This document shows, one piece after another, positions 62,260-64,000 of a DNA stretch of 64,000 bases (positions within the stretch are counted from its first letter, which is position 1; each line of letters begins with the position of its first letter). A model generated the notes under the pieces. The model saw only the letters and a program-made list of their open reading frames with translations. It was not told where the DNA came from and made no database searches. The translations under genes were made by a program, and so were the position numbers. Origin of the DNA: Azolla caroliniana (lineage: Eukaryota; Plantae; Polypodiophyta); assembly GCA_043228905.1 (NCBI GenBank), contig JBHGNT010000013.1:3968001-4032000 (forward strand). Direction: 5' to 3'.

Positions 62260-64000
62260 ATGAGTGAAGACTCACCATTCTCGATTGAAGAATATTGTTT
62301 GTCATTAGACTCTTCGTTTTCTACCGAAGAGTATTGTTTGTTGACAGACTCACCATTTTCTATTGAAGAATATTGTCTATTAACAGACTCACCATATTCT
62401 ATCGAAGAATATTGTCTGAGTTCATCTTCACCTACAACGAATGTGAATAATAACACATGTGAAGAGTTCTCTATTGAAGAATACGATATTAATAAAGATA
62501 CGGAGAATAAAGATAGTGCCAATGAAACATCAAATATCATGGGCGATGGTCACAACAAAGAATTGGATAGTAACAAGGTTACACCAACTTCTATGTAGGA
62601 AGAGAAATCTGGAAGCCCTATGCATATTAGAAGAATCCCACGAAAAATTCGTCTAGCTAGATTTAACTTGGTGACATTAGATAAATAGATTGGATTTGAT
62701 GTCAAAAAAATATGTTGTGCCCATGGTTGTATGTCTATAATTGGAAAATCAAAGTTGCGAGAATTAAGGCGATACTATTTTTCGATGACTGGTGATGAGC
62801 AAGACACTTACCTCGGGTCACATATGCAACTAGTGTCTGACAAATGTACGGGGATCAAAGTATTATTCGAGTATTATATCTTCCATGCGCAACAGATATG
62901 TAGAGTTGCATTCAAAATTGGGTTATGTGTTAGTAACATGCGACTACAAAGATTACAACACCGTTCACTTAGCGGGGATCAGACGCTCAATTGTAAAGAG
63001 GTTCCAAGCATGAAAGGTGCAATTGGAAGACATGCTATTGGTTGGATGAAAAGTTACTTTCAGTTAAATTGTGAAGTAATGCCCACTACAGGTATGATGC
63101 ACCTCTTTGATAATTACACACGTCGGGAAGTTTATGATGTCTATCGATTTGATATGGTGGGCTCACGTAATAAGTCTGTCACATATAGCCAATTCACAAG
63201 ATTATGGAGAGCTCGGTTTTCAAATGTTATCATTCCACATAAAGTACGCATGGGGTATTTCTCCATTTGTCCAAATCTTAAAATTTTGGCTAAAGGTGCA
63301 AAGACATCAATGGAAAAGGATATGAGTAAGAAGTTACTATAGGAGCATCGTGAGGAACAATCGTTAGAACGAAAGAAGGTGATGCATCATAGGGAGAAGT
63401 GTTTGAAGAGGCCCGAACAATACATGCGCTTAATGATAGATGGCATGGACCAGAAGAAGACGTGCTTGCCGCATATGCGGAGGCTCCCCAAAGACGTCAA
63501 TGATGAATGCCTTGTTCAAATGCACTTGGTGGGATGCTTGGCTTATAATAGGTCAGTTGGACCTCACGTCTTCATTACATACCCCAATGTTCACAATGAC
63601 CCTAACCTAACAGTTACAGTGATTCACCGAGTTTTGATGTCTTGGGGCCAACCATTCCCCCCTGTTCTATACATTCAATTGGACAATACTGCTAGAGATA
63701 ACAAAAATTCAACTATGTCTGGCTATCTAAGTATGTTGGTCAACCAAGGATTGTTTACAAAAGTGAAAGTCAATTTTCTTTTGGTTGGCCACACACATGA
63801 TCATATAGATCAAATGTTTAGCACATTCTCCAGACAGTTGTCTCGGCATGATGCTTTCACATTACCTAAACTATTTGATGTCATTTGTGATGCATATACA
63901 CCACGCCCAAAAGTGTTACACTTGAAGGAGGTATATGACTTTAAGAGATATATATTAGATGGGGGTGTTGGGAATGTTAAAGTGCTTGCCCAATTAAACA
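62260..64000 (+). pseudogene. DDD-type RNase H-fold transposase (Sola-like/DUF7869-like) copy B, single frame with three TAG stops, incomplete at the window edge
   Basis: IDGMDQ at 63436-63453, LYIQLDNTARDNKN, FLLVGHTHDHIDQMFS; Cys-rich N-terminal region and SQFTRLWRARF; stops at 62596, 62686 and 63340. Confidence 0.85.

Larger units (their letters stand above)
49940..64000. mobile_element. Large TIR DNA transposon copy B (ParB-MTase gene plus DDD transposase), running off the window end
   Basis: Left TIR at 49940-49967 interrupts Gypsy coding sequence; gene order, orientation, exon 1 and promoter are conserved with copy A. Confidence 0.8.

Overview
This is a gene-free, repeat-dense eukaryotic window. 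It is most consistent with a non-seed land plant such as a moss; that is an inference from the element lineages (Tcn1-like chromovirus, tRNA-Trp-primed Gypsy-type elements, Copia nests) and the GT-AG introns. Most of it is nested LTR retrotransposons, several with ends, primer sites and target-site duplications that resolve to the base. Removing the nested insertions reveals two diverged copies, plus an inverted 3' fragment of a third, of a large TIR-bounded DNA transposon (TIR about CACRTTCAYGTTCACAAGTGSAAGGATC). It carries two divergently transcribed genes. One is a DDD-type (Sola-like/DUF7869-like) transposase. The other is a spliced gene encoding a ParB/Srx-like domain fused to a complete bacterial-type beta-class N6-adenine/N4-cytosine DNA methyltransferase. 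This 'methylase-carrying transposon' is the main candidate for an undescribed system, although all copies here are pseudogenised. Secondary highlights are antisense tRNA-like Pol III modules in the U3 of three LTR families, a self-priming chromovirus, gag-only elements with 4-bp TSDs, and palindromic arrays. All family assignments come from motif recognition by eye; no database searches were run.
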